The position numbers and the translations under genes are program-made. The notes under the pieces are model-generated. The model saw nothing but the letters and a program-made list of their open reading frames with translations, ran no database searches and was not told the origin of the DNA. From positions 1 to 63,022 of the forward strand of contig JAUCBJ010000245.1 of assembly GCA_032718475.1 (NCBI GenBank): a stretch of 63,022 bases of DNA, given 5' to 3'. Positions 32,441-44,142 of the stretch are shown in pieces (the first letter of the stretch is position 1; each line of letters begins with the position of its first letter). The stretch is from Nemertoderma westbladi. Taxonomy: Eukaryota > Animalia > Xenacoelomorpha.

Positions 32441-33313
32441 TTACTGTCCACGGTTAATTTTTTTCGCAATAGCTGCTCCAGCGGTGGCGGCACCAGCACT
32501 CGCGGCAAGTTTCGCACCAATGCCGAGTAAGGGTATTAGAAACGGTAGTATACCTCCAGATTGATTGCTTAACTTTTTTCTGTAACTTGATATATTTTTT
32601 GTTTTACGGTTGAGTGATTTCAATACCTTCTTATAGCGGCGAATATTTCTAAATGAATGAGGGGTTAATTGTACGTTACCTTTTAGAACATTTAACCCTA
32701 TCCATACCGGGGGGGGGGGGACTTTTGGAGACGCACTTTATTTGATTGCTTGGTTCAAAGCCAAACCACATTTATTGCAAGTGAAATTCCGTTACTTTTC
32801 CTAAAATTTATTATTCTTTATCTTAAAACAAAAATTAATTTTCATATTATTATTTATGACCATAAAAATGACCCGTAAACTGACCTGTCTCTGAAACTGT
32901 CATAGTATTGCTGAACTATTGTAGGAGGGAAATTTAAAATTCAATCAATTTAATATCAATTTAAAATCAATTTAAACATAATTATAGTATAGAAATATTA
33001 TATTTGAGCATTAGTGTGTGGCATATTTGAATAGAGGAATAAATTTTGTATCTAAAACTTTTTACTTTAAGGTAATATCATCACACCACACAAAGTTATA
33101 TGCTTCCAAACTTTACGTCCCCAAAAGTCCCCCCCCCCCCCGGTAGTTTGAGCGTCTAAATTACCCCGGTATGGATAGGGTTAATGCAGTATTTACAATG
33201 AGTCGTATTAATTCATTACTCGCGGTATGGTTAATAAAATAAGTTCTTTGTTGAGGGGTAGCGCTGCGTAGAAATTCCAGTTCGTTACGATATTTCTGCA
33301 CAAGTCTATTCAT
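32441..33313 (-). pseudogene. Conserved small Polinton protein (…LNVLKGNV…QSGG-ILP), split by the MITE
   Basis: Removing 32696-33184 restores MNRLVQKY...VNTALNVLKGNVQL...KKLSNQSGGILPFLIPLL. Confidence 0.75.
32696..33180. mobile_element. piggyBac-type MITE, 485 bp
   Basis: TIR CCCTATCCATACCGGGG. TTAA TSD at 32692-32695 and 33181-33184. Asymmetric subterminal inverted repeat. Confidence 0.92.
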
Positions 33314-33350
33314 TGTTGCAACATTATTGAAAATTGTTACAAAATATTAA

Positions 33351-34034
33351 TTATTTATCATTATTATTATTATTATTATTTTCGCTACGTTTATAGTCAA
33401 TGTAATTTTTAATGTAACAATTATGATTACGAAATATATCCGATCTAAATCTTAAATGTTCAGGTGTTTCCTGTCGTAAATCAATTAAGAAATGCGAAAA
33501 TGGTTCAATTGTCGCATCTTGATAGGAATCTACTAAAAATTTGGTCTGCCCAGGTAACATCTGCTTCGCGAAATTTAAAACCGATAGACTGTCTCGCGGA
33601 TTTTTCATTAATACTAAGGTATGGCTATTAATTGATCTTGTGCGGTTATGCTTCCCACCGTAAAACATGTTTTGCGTTATAAAACAAATAAATATATTGG
33701 AATGATGAGCTACCTTAGTAAACAATACAGTTAAAGCTGTACTGGACTCAGTTTCTGTTAATAAATCATCTATAATTAATAAATCTCGACTATTCACTAA
33801 ACTATCTATATTTTCAGGCAAACCTTTGTAAAGGTGAGTAATACCGGGAATAGTCGGGGGATTGCTCCCGTAACAATACAATACTCGCAGGGGGGCTTTG
33901 TTGAAACAACCATTCTTGTGTTTAATTAAATTACTGACAAACGTTGATTTTCCAGAACCAGATGGGCCAGAAATTATCATACTCGTTCCCATTTGAAAGT
34001 TTAAATTATATGGACCTGAATTAAAGTCAGCCAT
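33351..34034 (-). CDS. A32/FtsK-like genome packaging ATPase
   Basis: Walker A GPSGSGKS, Walker B LLIIDD, FITQNMF, KNPRD. Confidence 0.95.
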   Translation of the reverse strand: MADFNSGPYNLNFQMGTSMIISGPSGSGKSTFVSNLIKHKNGCFNKAPLRVLYCYGSNPPTIPGITHLYKGLPENIDSLVNSRDLLIIDDLLTETESSTALTVLFTKVAHHSNIFICFITQNMFYGGKHNRTRSINSHTLVLMKNPRDSLSVLNFAKQMLPGQTKFLVDSYQDATIEPFSHFLIDLRQETPEHLRFRSDIFRNHNCYIKNYIDYKRSENNNNNNNDK

Positions 34035-34341
34035 TTATTATTATTATTAAGATATATCAACAATACAATATAATATAATATAAATATCAATATCAATAAA
34101 CCAACACCATTACTATGTATATAACAATAATTGATGCAACTACAATATTAGAGTACTGTATATTTAATTAACATATGACACAACTACATTATGTGACGCT
34201 CGCTGCAACAAAAGGTGCTATTTCCAATTATAGTATAGACTCATTTTCAATGTAATTTCAAGCATGGTGAGCATCTTTATACGCGAAATAATGATAGGTA
34301 ACATCGGCGGTTTGGAAATCACTTCCCGAGAATTTCGCACT

Positions 34342-34559
34342 TGTGGCAGTATAATCGTACTGCTAATGTCTCATCATAAAGTATACCGGATATGCAAAGG
34401 TATGCAATAAAAATGTATAATATGAAGGCAGTAGTTAGCCTACACCAGTACTGCAGTAAGGAAGTTAATGCAGTGAATAGTCAAGTGAAAACTCTCTAAC
34501 ACTTGTCCGAGTATATGGCAAACTCAGTAGGTCCTGAGTATGTAAGTGGCACCGCCACA
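34342..34559 (-). repeat. Gypsy 3' LTR
   Basis: Identical to 38546-38763. A G-rich PPT lies just upstream on the minus strand. Confidence 0.96.
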
Positions 34560-34583
34560 TGACCCCCCCAGACTCGGAAAGAG

Positions 34584-37500
34584 TTAGAGGTAGTGAGGGG
34601 GGTGGATAGTGCGTCCAGACCGAGTTCGAACAGACGGGGCGTCCGGGGTGGGCGGTGGTGGTGTGTATGTCGGTGTCCCCCTAGTGGCGGGAAGGTCGGG
34701 AGGAACTCTGGGAGGTCGGCCGCGACGCCGTGGCTGCCCGTAGACGATCGGCTCAGTGCAGTCTAGATGTGCCGGCTTCAGTCGGTCGACGGACACTGTC
34801 TCGGTGCGGCCCCCAATGTCGAGTTGGAACGTCTTGGGCCCATGGACCAGGACCCGGTAGGGTCCCTCATATGGGCGTTCCAGGGGCGTCCGGTGGGCGT
34901 CCCGTCGGACGAAGACGTGTGGGGCATTTTGGAGTTCGTGGGGAACAGACGATGGGGTTGGACCGTGACGCGACGTGGGGACTGGGGCGAACCGTCCGAC
35001 ACGCTCGCGGAGTTGCGGAAGGATCGTGGACGGAGAGTGTGGGACGTCCGTCTGCGTGGGCGGGAGGAACTCGCCCGGGACGGTGAGGGGGGCACCGTAA
35101 ACCAACTCGGCGGTGGAGGTGCCCAAGTCGTCCTTGGGTGCGGTCCTAATTCCGAGAAGGACCCACGGCAACTCGTCGACCCAGGCGGGGCCGGTGAGGG
35201 ACGCACGGAGGGCGGACTTGAGGTGGCGGTGGAAACGTTCCACCAGTCCGTTCGCCTGCGGGTGGTAGGCCGTTGTGCGGTGCAGTTGGGTGCCCAGCAG
35301 CTGGTTGACGGCGGACCAGAGCTGGGAAGTGAACTGCGAGCCCCGGTCGGAGGACACGTCAGTAGGGACGCCAAAACGGGCGATCCAGTTCGCGATGAGC
35401 GCGCGGGCGCAGCTCTCAGTGGAGGTGTCGGTGAGGGGAATGGCCTCCGGCCACCGGGTGAATCGATCCACCATCGTTAGGAGATGGGTGTACCCGTGGG
35501 ACGGCGGGAGGGGCCCGACCAGATCTATGTGGATGTGGTCGAAGCGGCGATGGGGAGTCTCGATGGTGCCGAGGGGAGCGCGGACGTGGTGTTGCACCTT
35601 GGACGTTTGGCACGGCACACAGGTTGTTGCCCATGCACCGACCTGTTTCCGGAGGCCATGCCAAACGAATCGGTCGGCGACGATTTTCTTAGTCGTGCGG
35701 ACCCCCGGGTGCGAGAGGCCGTGGATGACGTCGAAGACGTGGCGACGCCACGTGGCCGGAACGACCGGTCTGGGGTGGCCGAGAGAGACGTCGCAGAGCA
35801 GCGTTGCGCCGGAGGGGCCGATGGGGACGTCCTGCAGTTCGAGGCCCGAGATGGCGGTGCGGTATGCGGCCGTCTCGCTGTCGGCGAGTTGGGCGGCAGC
35901 CATGGCGACGTAGTCGAGGCCGGGGGTGTGTACAGCGCCGATGTGTGTCCTGGAGAGGGCGTCCGCCACACAGTTATCTTTCCCCGAGACGTGGGCGATG
36001 GCCGTGGTGAACTCCGACACATAGGCGATGTGCCGCTGTTGTCTGGAGGACCACGGGTCACTGATCTTGGAGAAAGCGAACGTGAGAGGTTTGTGGTCCG
36101 TGTAGGCGGTGAAGGCGCGCCCCTCCAGGAAGTACCGGAAGTGGCGAATCGCGAGGTAAAGAGCCAGGAGCTCCCGGTCGAACGCGCTGTACTTCACCTC
36201 CGGGGGTCTCAACTGGCGGCTGAAGAACGCTAGGGGGCGCCACGACCCGCCGACCAGCTGCTCGAGGACGGCGCCCACGGCCGTGCCAGAGGCGTCCACT
36301 GTGAGTGCCGTGGGGGCGGTGGCTTCGGGGTGGGCCAACATGGTGGCGTGGGCGAGGACCTCCTTCGTGTCCCGGAAGGCTACCAGCATGTCGGGAGACC
36401 AATCGAGGAGTTTCGGCTTGGTACCGGAAAGGGCCCTGTAGAGAGGCCGCATAATGGCTGCAGCAGAGGGGATGAACCGATGGTAGAAGTTTACCATCCC
36501 CACGAACTCCTGCAGGCCCTTAACGGTGGTGGGCTGGGCGAAATCCCTGATGGCGGCGACCTTGTCAGGGAGGGGAACGGCTCCATGGGCCGAGATGCGG
36601 TGGCCGAGGAAGTCGATGACCGGTCGACCGAACTGGCACTTGGCGAGGTTGATGACGAGGCCGTGCTGCTGGAGGCGCGAGAAGAGCTGACGGAGATGGT
36701 CTCGGTGCTCCTGTCTGGACCGACTCGCGACGAGGACATCGTCTAGGTAGATGAAGACGAAGTCGAGTCCCTGGAGCGCCGAGTCCATCAGTCTCTGGAA
36801 GGCCTGGGCCGCGTTCTTCAGCCCGAACGGTACCCGGAGGAACTCGAAAAGGCCGAACGGGGTGATGACGGCGGTCTTAGCGATGTCGACCTCATGGATG
36901 GGTATCTGGTGGTAACCGCGCACCAGATCGATCTTAGAGAAGATCCGTGCTCCTGCCAGGCGGGAGGAGAAGTCCTGGATGTGGGGAACAGGATACCGAT
37001 CCGGAGTCGTGGCGTCGTTGAGGCGGCGGTAGTCGCCGCAGGGCCTCCAGCCACCCGAGGGTTTCGGGGCCATGTGGAGGGGAGACGACCAGGGACTGTT
37101 AGATCGGCGGACGATCCCCATCTCCTCCATCTTGCGGAACTCCTCCTTGGCGATCGCCAGTTTGTCTGGAGGGAGACGGCGGGCGCGGGCGTGGACTGGT
37201 GGCCCTTCGGTGGGGATATAGAGTTCCACGCCGTGTTTCACCGTCGGGTCGGAGAACCGAGGCTCCGTGATGTCGGGGAACTCGGCAAGGAGACGGGCGA
37301 ACTCGTTGTCGGAGGAGGCGACGGAACCGAGGTGGAGAGCGTGTCCCGGGGTCCGCCCGCATGGAATCGAGGTCAACGTCTCGGCGTCGACCAGACGGCG
37401 GCCTCTCAGATCAACCAACAGGTTGTTGGCCCGGAGGAAGTCGGCTCCGAGGAGAGGCTGGTCCACGTCCGCGGCCGTGAACCGCCACTCGAATTGGCGG

Positions 37501-37742
37501 GTCCCGAAACGCAGCGGAATTGTGCGTTGTCCGTATGTCCTGATCGAGGTGCTATTGGCGGCTACGAGGGGCGGACCGCTTCCGCCCGCGCGTGCCTCGT
37601 GCGTCATAGCCGGGATGACGCTGACCTCGGCCCCGGTGTCCACCAGAAACCGTTGCCCGGACAGTCGGTCCAGGACAAATAGCAGCAGATCGGGGTGGCC
37701 GGCCGTAGCAGCTGCTACTGACGGCCGGCCGGGGCGTTTCCC
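34584..37742 (-). CDS. pol: Gypsy pol (PR, RT, RNase H, integrase), expressed by -1 frameshift
   Basis: [62 protein letters not shown]. Confidence 0.97.
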   Translation of the reverse strand, partial: GKRPGRPSVAAATAGHPDLLLFVLDRLSGQRFLVDTGAEVSVIPAMTHEARAGGSGPPLVAANSTSIRTYGQRTIPLRFGTRQFEWRFTAADVDQPLLGADFLRANNLLVDLRGRRLVDAETLTSIPCGRTPGHALHLGSVASSDNEFARLLAEFPDITEPRFSDPTVKHGVELYIPTEGPPVHARARRLPPDKLAIAKEEFRKMEEMGIVRRSNSPWSSPLHMAPKPSGGWRPCGDYRRLNDATTPDRYPVPHIQDFSSRLAGARIFSKIDLVRGYHQIPIHEVDIAKTAVITPFGLFEFLRVPFGLKNAAQAFQRLMDSALQGLDFVFIYLDDVLVASRSRQEHRDHLRQLFSRLQQHGLVINLAKCQFGRPVIDFLGHRISAHGAVPLPDKVAAIRDFAQPTTVKGLQEFVGMVNFYHRFIPSAAAIMRPLYRALSGTKPKLLDWSPDMLVAFRDTKEVLAHATMLAHPEATAPTALTVDASGTAVGAVLEQLVGGSWRPLAFFSRQLRPPEVKYSAFDRELLALYLAIRHFRYFLEGRAFTAYTDHKPLTFAFSKISDPWSSRQQRHIAYVSEFTTAIAHVSGKDNCVADALSRTHIGAVHTPGLDYVAMAAAQLADSETAAYRTAISGLELQDVPIGPSGATLLCDVSLGHPRPVVPATWRRHVFDVIHGLSHPGVRTTKKIVADRFVWHGLRKQVGAWATTCVPCQTSKVQHHVRAPLGTIETPHRRFDHIHIDLVGPLPPSHGYTHLLTMVDRFTRWPEAIPLTDTSTESCARALIANWIARFGVPTDVSSDRGSQFTSQLWSAVNQLLGTQLHRTTAYHPQANGLVERFHRHLKSALRASLTGPAWVDELPWVLLGIRTAPKDDLGTSTAELVYGAPLTVPGEFLPPTQTDVPHSPSTILPQLRERVGRFAPVPTSRHGPTPSSVPHELQNAPHVFVRRDAHRTPLERPYEGPYRVLVHGPKTFQLDIGGRTETVSVDRLKPAHLDCTEPIVYGQPRRRGRPPRVPPDLPATRGTPTYTPPPPTPDAPSVRTRSGRTIHPPHYL

Positions 37743-38455
37743 GGAAAAGTGCAGGGCGAGCGGCACTTCAGGGCGTCGGTGCCAAACTTCTGGTGGAAGT
37801 AGCACCAGTCGTCGTGAGCAGGCTGGGGGACGCGTGAACTCCGGCCGCTAGTTGGGGGGCCGGTGGAGGGCTTGTGGCGGGCCGGCCCGCCGGGACCTCG
37901 TACAGTACGCACTGCCGGCTCCGGTACGATGAGCGGCGTCGCTACAGCATGAGCGGAGAGTGAGCTCGAGCGGGAGGTTTCCCAAAGCGCGTCGGCACGG
38001 TCTGCGACGCGGTCGAGGTCGCGAAAGTCCTCCTCGGCGAGTTGGAGGCGTATGGCGTCGGGCATCTGGCGGAGGAACGCCTCCTCGAACAGCAGGCAGT
38101 GGTGGTTATCACCGAGGAGTGCCTGCATCTCACCGAGGAGCTGCGAGGGTCGGCGGTCGCCGAGGCCGTTCAAGTCCCAGAGCCGCGCGGCGCGGTCGCG
38201 GCGGGAGAGTCCGAACACCTTGAGGAGTTTGGCCTTGATCTGGGCGTACTGGTCGACAGTAGGGGGATCCCGGATCAGCTGGAGGAGGCGACTGGCAGTG
38301 TCCTGGTCGAGGGCCCCCACCACGTAGTAGTACTTAGTGGCCTCGGTTGTGACGCCCCGGATGGCGAACTGTGCCTCGGCCTGGGCGAACCAAACCTCAG
38401 GCTGGTTAGTCCAGAAGGTGGGCAGTTTCAGGGAGACGGCATTTGCCTCAGCCAT
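37715..38455 (-). CDS. gag: Gypsy gag
   Basis: KLPTFW...[12 protein letters not shown] and C-terminal [13 protein letters not shown]. Confidence 0.93.
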   Translation of the reverse strand: MAEANAVSLKLPTFWTNQPEVWFAQAEAQFAIRGVTTEATKYYYVVGALDQDTASRLLQLIRDPPTVDQYAQIKAKLLKVFGLSRRDRAARLWDLNGLGDRRPSQLLGEMQALLGDNHHCLLFEEAFLRQMPDAIRLQLAEEDFRDLDRVADRADALWETSRSSSLSAHAVATPLIVPEPAVRTVRGPGGPARHKPSTGPPTSGRSSRVPQPAHDDWCYFHQKFGTDALKCRSPCTFPGNAPAGRQ

Positions 38456-38530
38456 GGTGAAGGCGTTGGAGCGGGGCGCGAATAACGGGAGGGCTGTTGG
38501 TTGCAGTTCGACTCAACAAATCGTGCTGAG

Positions 38531-38544
38531 CAGTCGGGTCACCA
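38531..38544 (-). promoter_or_regulatory. Primer-binding site, tRNA-Trp-like
   Basis: TGGTGACCCGAC directly after the 5' LTR resembles the complement of the tRNA-Trp 3' end. Confidence 0.7.
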
Positions 38545-38545
38545 A

Positions 38546-38763
38546 TGTGGCAGTATAATCGTACTGCTAATGTCTCATCATAAAGTATACCGGATATGCA
38601 AAGGTATGCAATAAAAATGTATAATATGAAGGCAGTAGTTAGCCTACACCAGTACTGCAGTAAGGAAGTTAATGCAGTGAATAGTCAAGTGAAAACTCTC
38701 TAACACTTGTCCGAGTATATGGCAAACTCAGTAGGTCCTGAGTATGTAAGTGGCACCGCCACA
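38546..38763 (-). repeat. Gypsy 5' LTR
   Basis: Identical to 34342-34559. Confidence 0.96.
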
Positions 38764-39136
38764 CACTAATGATTTTTTTATGTTCGCTGCTAAAAAAATA
38801 AGGAATATAGTAGCAACACCGTCGTACTACATTTCTATAAAAAATATTCTCCAATATTGTAAATAAATCTCCCGGATCATTACTTTCCGCAGAAATATAA
38901 GTTATATTTCGAAGCTCTTTCCAATAATAGGGTTGATAACTTGCCAACTTTATATTAAACTTAGATATGGGTGCGCGACAAATAGGACAAATTTTACGAC
39001 AATAATTATTCATTTCGGAATATTGTACAATACATTGTACGCAAGTTGCATGTTTATTTTCACATTTATAATAATCTCGATGTTGTTGCAATAACTTAGA
39101 ATAGCAAACTGGACATTTTTCATTTAAAATATCCAT
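38764..39136 (-). pseudogene. RING-finger protein, interrupted by Gypsy (native C-terminus at ~34258-34341)
   Basis: CPVC...CENKHATCVQC...CPICR matches the C3HC4 pattern. Confidence 0.85.
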
Positions 39137-39324
39137 TTTCCAAATTTTAAAGTAAATTGAAAATAATTACCTCAATACACAACAACAACAAACAAATCTG
39201 TTATACTGTATATGCAATTACTACTACAATTTTTGATTATTTAAAATTTGATGTTTTTTTTCATAATTAAAAACATCAAAATTTTATAAATAATCATAAA
39301 ATATTTATAATATAGAGGGAAAAG

Positions 39325-39768
39325 TCAAGAATCAATGATATTATCAACATATTCAACATTATCTGTTGATTCTTCAGGTTCGACAAAGGATTCTTTTGAA
39401 ATCATTACAATAAAGAAAGACATAATTTCGTAGTGGCTATGCCGATTTAGCCGTATTTCAAACTTTTCACCAGCTTCGTTGTATTGTGTAATAACAATAA
39501 ACCCCTCTATCATGGATAATAGTAAGATGTTGATTAATTTTCCCTCATGCTCAACTTTCAGGATGTAATCTAAGAGATGAATACTATTATCAGAAGCATC
39601 AATATCAATTGAGCTTAAAACTTTCCTGGCTTTTTCAGAAAACTCAATTTTATATTTATCATCTCCCTGACGGTAAATTGTATAATCAATAACAATATAG
39701 GCTTCACCATCTTCTGCAAAAAATGAATGCCTTACTATTGGCATAACCATATCGGAATCAGAAGACAT
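39325..39768 (-). CDS. Hypothetical acidic protein, 147 aa
   Basis: Clean ORF with AATAATG start context like neighbouring genes. Confidence 0.55.
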   Translation of the reverse strand: MSSDSDMVMPIVRHSFFAEDGEAYIVIDYTIYRQGDDKYKIEFSEKARKVLSSIDIDASDNSIHLLDYILKVEHEGKLINILLLSMIEGFIVITQYNEAGEKFEIRLNRHSHYEIMSFFIVMISKESFVEPEESTDNVEYVDNIIDS

Positions 39769-40333
39769 TATTTAATTTATTTTATTGTAAATCAAACAAA
39801 CAAAGTAAAAACTTTTAAACTAAAACGATTACAAATGATTAATTGTGATTAAAGCAAGAGATTATATATATATAAGATATTTTCAAAAATAATACAGGTC
39901 TTAAACTGAGAAATAGCCTAAATTCGGTTTATTGATTGGTTGATTAGCCGGTAGGGAACTACTGTATAAACAAAAATTATTTGGTTCTGCGTAATAATAA
40001 TAATCACTAATGCTCGTATACGCGTAGCTGGAACGTGACGGAATTTCATGTATCATACTGGTTGGTTTGTTGATTTGGCGACAGCAGTCGTGGAGTTGGC
40101 AATCAATATAATATAATATATGCGTGATGCGTGTAGATGGCCACGTCGTCACCATATACAGTATACAGTGGTGGTGGTAACGTGGCAGTGGTGGTAACGT
40201 GGCGAAAAGGTGAATAACATTAGGGTTAGTCAGTCAGTCGAGTAAGGCGGGCATCGCGAGGTTAGGCTACGCTACGATTGGTTGATGGCAACTGCTGATG
40301 GTGACATATGGTGGAGTAAGGCAGACATCGCAT

Positions 40334-40428
40334 GGTTAGGCTACGCGTAGGTGAATACGCAACGATTGGTTGAAGGCAAGGCAACGACGCGAATCAATAC
40401 TGTTGGTGACAGATGGTCATTAAACACT
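40334..40428 (-). repeat. Polinton right terminal inverted repeat
   Basis: Reverse complement of 1-94. Confidence 0.95.
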
Positions 40429-40549
40429 GCAATTTAGCACCGGAATTTGGCATTTTTAATAGCCCTCCGAGATCTAGCCCATAGCCCAAGCTAGGGAGGA
40501 GTACGCCCAGGTCTATGTTTCTCCTACTACTACCATCATCTGGCAAACC

Positions 40550-41421
40550 GCAGGATTGCATTATCATATTTGATGAGGTTCACATAAAAGTATCGCGGCG
40601 GACATTTGATAGGACATGCTCGAAACATGATCGAAACAAACGATCAATCGAAACCAGCTAGAAAGGTTCTGAGTATCATGGTTAAGCCCTTATTGAGTGG
40701 ATGTACATTCATGGTGAAGGTGATCCCAGTCTACTCATTGAAGAATGACTTTCTCATAGAAACAGACTCATAGACAGCTTTCGAAGGTAATTAATTAACC
40801 TTGTAAATTATTGCAATGGAAATGTGATTAGCCTATTAGCTGACAACTTATCTACAAACCGAGCTGCCTTTAAAGAGTACAACTCAAACTATGGTAATCC
40901 GAACTTTCCTTACCTTGGTTCAGTGTCTCCAGATGTTGGTCAATCTAAATTCTTCCACATGCTCTATGACCCGACTCATCTCCTTAAATCAATTCGCAAT
41001 AACTGGGTCACTGAAAATATCCAAAGATTGACAATAAGGGTTCCTGGCACATCGCGTTATATTCGCGGTGACTGGAAGGACATTAAAGAGCTATACAAGG
41101 TTGATTCCATGAATATAGTGCGAATGACTACTCTAACCCAGGCAGCCATAAACCCATCTCCTTTTGAGAAGCAGAAGGTATCACTAGCACTCCAGGTTTT
41201 CAATGAGAAAACTGTGGCCGCTTTAGCCTTGAGAGGAAACAAAGAGACAGCCGAGTTTGTTGATATAATGCTGCGTTTGTGGAAGATTGTCAATGTCAAG
41301 TCCACTAGCATAGGATATAGGTTGAATGATCCTGACCGTTATCCAATAAAGTCGCCGACAGATTCCCGTTTGACATATCTGACAGATTTGGCTGGTAGTA
41401 TTAAAGATATAAAAGGGGGGA
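40550..41421 (+). pseudogene. P-element/THAP9-like transposase fragment
   Basis: IIFDEVHIK, YRGGHLIG, ADNLSTN, YDPTHLLKSIRNNW, FEKQKVSLA. Frameshifted, and cut off by the LINE tail. Confidence 0.8.
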
Positions 41422-41422
41422 A

Positions 41423-43065
41423 CTACTACTACTACTACTAGGATCGGCATGCTGCATTGCAGCTGCATTTTTAAGAATGCTGTGCCAGCTTGTCAACAAA
41501 ATTGCACCGCCACAACTCCCTATCACCCATGACATTTGCTAGATCATCCGCATCTTTAAGGCCAGTGTCCTTTAAGATGCGTCTCAAGAAAGTCATGGGC
41601 TGTCCACCATGCTTATTCACTCCATGAGGCTGCCAAAGTACAAGATTATGTACTGGCTGGTCCTCACGGCGAAAGCAATGTCCTGCAAAGCGGAGGCGAT
41701 TTTGTTCTAGTGTCAAGCTTGGGGGAACCAATGAGACACCTCCAATGTTATATAGTGTCTGGTTGGAGATGTGTGCATTGTACTTGACACAATGAACCCG
41801 GCGTAGCATTCTTGTGAATGTGCCATCCAGAGATTTGGTGTCCTCAGCAGTTAGAGCCCAGCATGGACTCCCGTAGAGGAGTACTGGAACTACTGCTGCT
41901 CTAAATAATCGGACCTTAAGTTTCCGATTAATTCTAGGTGACTTCCAAATCCTGGAAAGCCTATTCAAGGCTGCCCATGCCTTTCCCTTACGTATTCGAA
42001 GGTCCTCACCTGACTTCCGGATCCATGATCCCAGGTAACAGAAGTCGTCCACATGCTCAAGCATACCATCCTTTGAGCTTATGCTCATCCGATCAGAGAC
42101 TTGCTGAGGACTTTCAAAGTTAACTGTCAGAATTTTGGTCTTTCTGGAGTTAATAAAAAGACCAACACTAGAAGCAGCATGTTCTAATGAGCTGAGGAGC
42201 CGTTGGGCTCCCTCTAATGATTCTGAGAGTACTCCTAAGTCATCAGCAAAGTCTAGATCAGTTAGGTACTTGGCAGGATTTCCTCGACTTCTGGAGCCAG
42301 TAGGTGGAGTTATCATCACCCCATCATCATTATAATGATCTAAGGACATGCATAGAACATAGTCAACCACAATAATGAACAAGAATGGTGCAAGTGTGTC
42401 TCCTTTGAGGACGCCCCATAACACTTCAAATGGTTCTGTGTCACCGTCAACAGTAGACACAAATGTTGTCGAACCATCGTATACTGATCTGATTGCTGCA
42501 ATAATTTCATCAGGAATCCCATATAATGAAAGTATGCTGAACATACGTGAGCGAGAGACTGAATCAAAGGCCTTGAAGAAGTCAACAAAGATAACAGCCA
42601 GATGCCTGTCTTTCTTTTTTGATAACTCTTCAATTATCCTTCTAAGTGCCAAAATGGGCTCCATGGTCCCACGACCTTTACGGAACCCATTTTGATTTCC
42701 ATGGAGCAGTCTCTCAATGGGATCCCTGATGCGATTGAATAGAATCCTATTGTATAGCTTTGCAGCAATCGTGATCAATGAGATTCCCCGAAAAGAACCA
42801 TAGAGTGTTAGGTTGCCCTTCTTGGGAACTGGCACCAACTTATTTGTTTTCATTTCTTGTGGGACTCTTGTTGTTCGGTACATGTCTACTATGATGGGAT
42901 AGATGAGCTTTAAACACTCAGGTATTTTAAAGCCCTCAGGGGGAACACCATCTACTCCACTGGCACGATTGGTCTTAATGCTCTTTGCAGCAGCCTTCAC
43001 TTCTGCAAAGGAGATATCGCCAATGGGAATGTCTGGGAGTACAGACTCAGACACTTTTACTTCTA
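41423..43065 (-). mobile_element. 5'-truncated RTE-like LINE with (TAG)n tail
   Basis: RT ORF 41471-43054 (FRGISL, QNGFR, DFFKAFD, GDTLAP, DFADD, YLG). Tail reads (CTA)n on the plus strand at ~41423-41440. Confidence 0.9.
41471..43054 (-). CDS. Non-LTR reverse transcriptase (truncated ORF)
   Basis: RT motifs as above. No endonuclease domain present. Confidence 0.9.
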   Translation of the reverse strand: MSESVLPDIPIGDISFAEVKAAAKSIKTNRASGVDGVPPEGFKIPECLKLIYPIIVDMYRTTRVPQEMKTNKLVPVPKKGNLTLYGSFRGISLITIAAKLYNRILFNRIRDPIERLLHGNQNGFRKGRGTMEPILALRRIIEELSKKKDRHLAVIFVDFFKAFDSVSRSRMFSILSLYGIPDEIIAAIRSVYDGSTTFVSTVDGDTEPFEVLWGVLKGDTLAPFLFIIVVDYVLCMSLDHYNDDGVMITPPTGSRSRGNPAKYLTDLDFADDLGVLSESLEGAQRLLSSLEHAASSVGLFINSRKTKILTVNFESPQQVSDRMSISSKDGMLEHVDDFCYLGSWIRKSGEDLRIRKGKAWAALNRLSRIWKSPRINRKLKVRLFRAAVVPVLLYGSPCWALTAEDTKSLDGTFTRMLRRVHCVKYNAHISNQTLYNIGGVSLVPPSLTLEQNRLRFAGHCFRREDQPVHNLVLWQPHGVNKHGGQPMTFLRRILKDTGLKDADDLANVMGDRELWRCNFVDKLAQHS

Positions 43066-44142
43066 TAAAGTTATCAGAAAAAAAAAAAAAAAAAAAAAAA
43101 AAAAATTACTTTTAAGGTCGAAAACGGGGCGAAATTATCGGGTTTAATTAATTAAAAAATATAAAGTGTGCCTTCTAATAATACCGATCTGACTGGAAAG
43201 TGAGATTTTAATTAAAGTTTTATAATTTCGATATTTTCGTTAATAAATTCGTGTTTTTCGTTATTTTCGGGTTTTATAACTATCCCACGTTTGCTGATAG
43301 CAGAGCCTCTTCATATCCAATTTACAGAGCATTGGGTATTCTCCCAATCCAACAATAATATAAACAGCAGGTTGCGGGATTCAAGCATTGTGTGTTTTAT
43401 GATTACAATAAAACTGGTTTAACCAATTATTCAAAAAAATGCACTTCGTCATCTGGCAAATGATTGTTTTTAATCACTATGAGGCCGTTTTCTTTTCTAG
43501 AATACGACCTGCCTGGTTCGTATTACTTATGGGGTTAAGGCAACCTCGGGTGCTCATGGCCCCCCCATGCGACCCTAATCCTTTATACCCTCGCATTGTG
43601 AAGGCAGCAAACATCAGTAATGGGTAAACGCGAGGTGTGCATAAAAAATTTGAGCTTAGAGCAATTTTATTAATCTATGTCATTCCAGAATGGTAAGTAT
43701 TGATACTTTAACTCCGCGTTAGGTAACGTCAATACCCCGGAGGCTCCACCATCCTGTTACAATCCACAGGGTGAAAATACGCCACACGAATTTCTCTTGA
43801 ATGCGTCACACACACTCAAATCTATTTGCACGCAATTCTCAAGCGCACACAATTTTGTGGTTCATCAAGTCCTTCACACCTCACATTTAAACATGCCGGT
43901 GTTACTCGTATTACATAGTGCACTTTCTTAAAGCATGCTTAATTCGGTTCTTATTCGCTTATGTTCCGTACATTTTCACATGATTATTTAATTATTTCGA
44001 TTATATTAAGTAACCGTCCCGAGTCCTGTTTTAATTCAGTACATTAATTGATTACATACACCAAAAATGAAGTCCTGCATTTATCTCAGAAATGCAATAA
44101 TAAGTTGGAATTCACATCGAAATTATTTTATTTTACTGGTTC

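Larger units (their letters stand above)
34342..38763 (-). mobile_element. Gypsy/Ty3 LTR retrotransposon, intact, 4422 bp
   Basis: Identical 218-bp TG...CA LTRs, TSD CACT, PBS, PPT, open gag and pol. Confidence 0.97.
1..40428. mobile_element. Polinton/Maverick endogenous dsDNA virus, full length, carrying three nested insertions
   Basis: TIRs at both ends (AGTGTTTAATGACCATCTG... / ...CAGATGGTCATTAAACACT). Contains pPolB, integrase, ATPase, adenain, MCP and penton genes. Right flank GCAATT would be the 6-bp TSD, but the left flank is outside the window. Confidence 0.96.

Noticed and set aside
34730-38558. Numerous antisense and alternate-frame ORFs over the Gypsy element
   Set aside because: Expected from GC-rich, stop-poor coding sequence. 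No motifs.
38669-38763. Gypsy LTR derived from the RING gene
   Set aside because: The ORF simply reads into the LTR. The TSD shows the native continuation at 34341.
43078-43106. Poly(A) tail of the adjacent LINE
   Set aside because: It is at the 5' end of a minus-strand LINE whose tail is (TAG)n. Origin unresolved.
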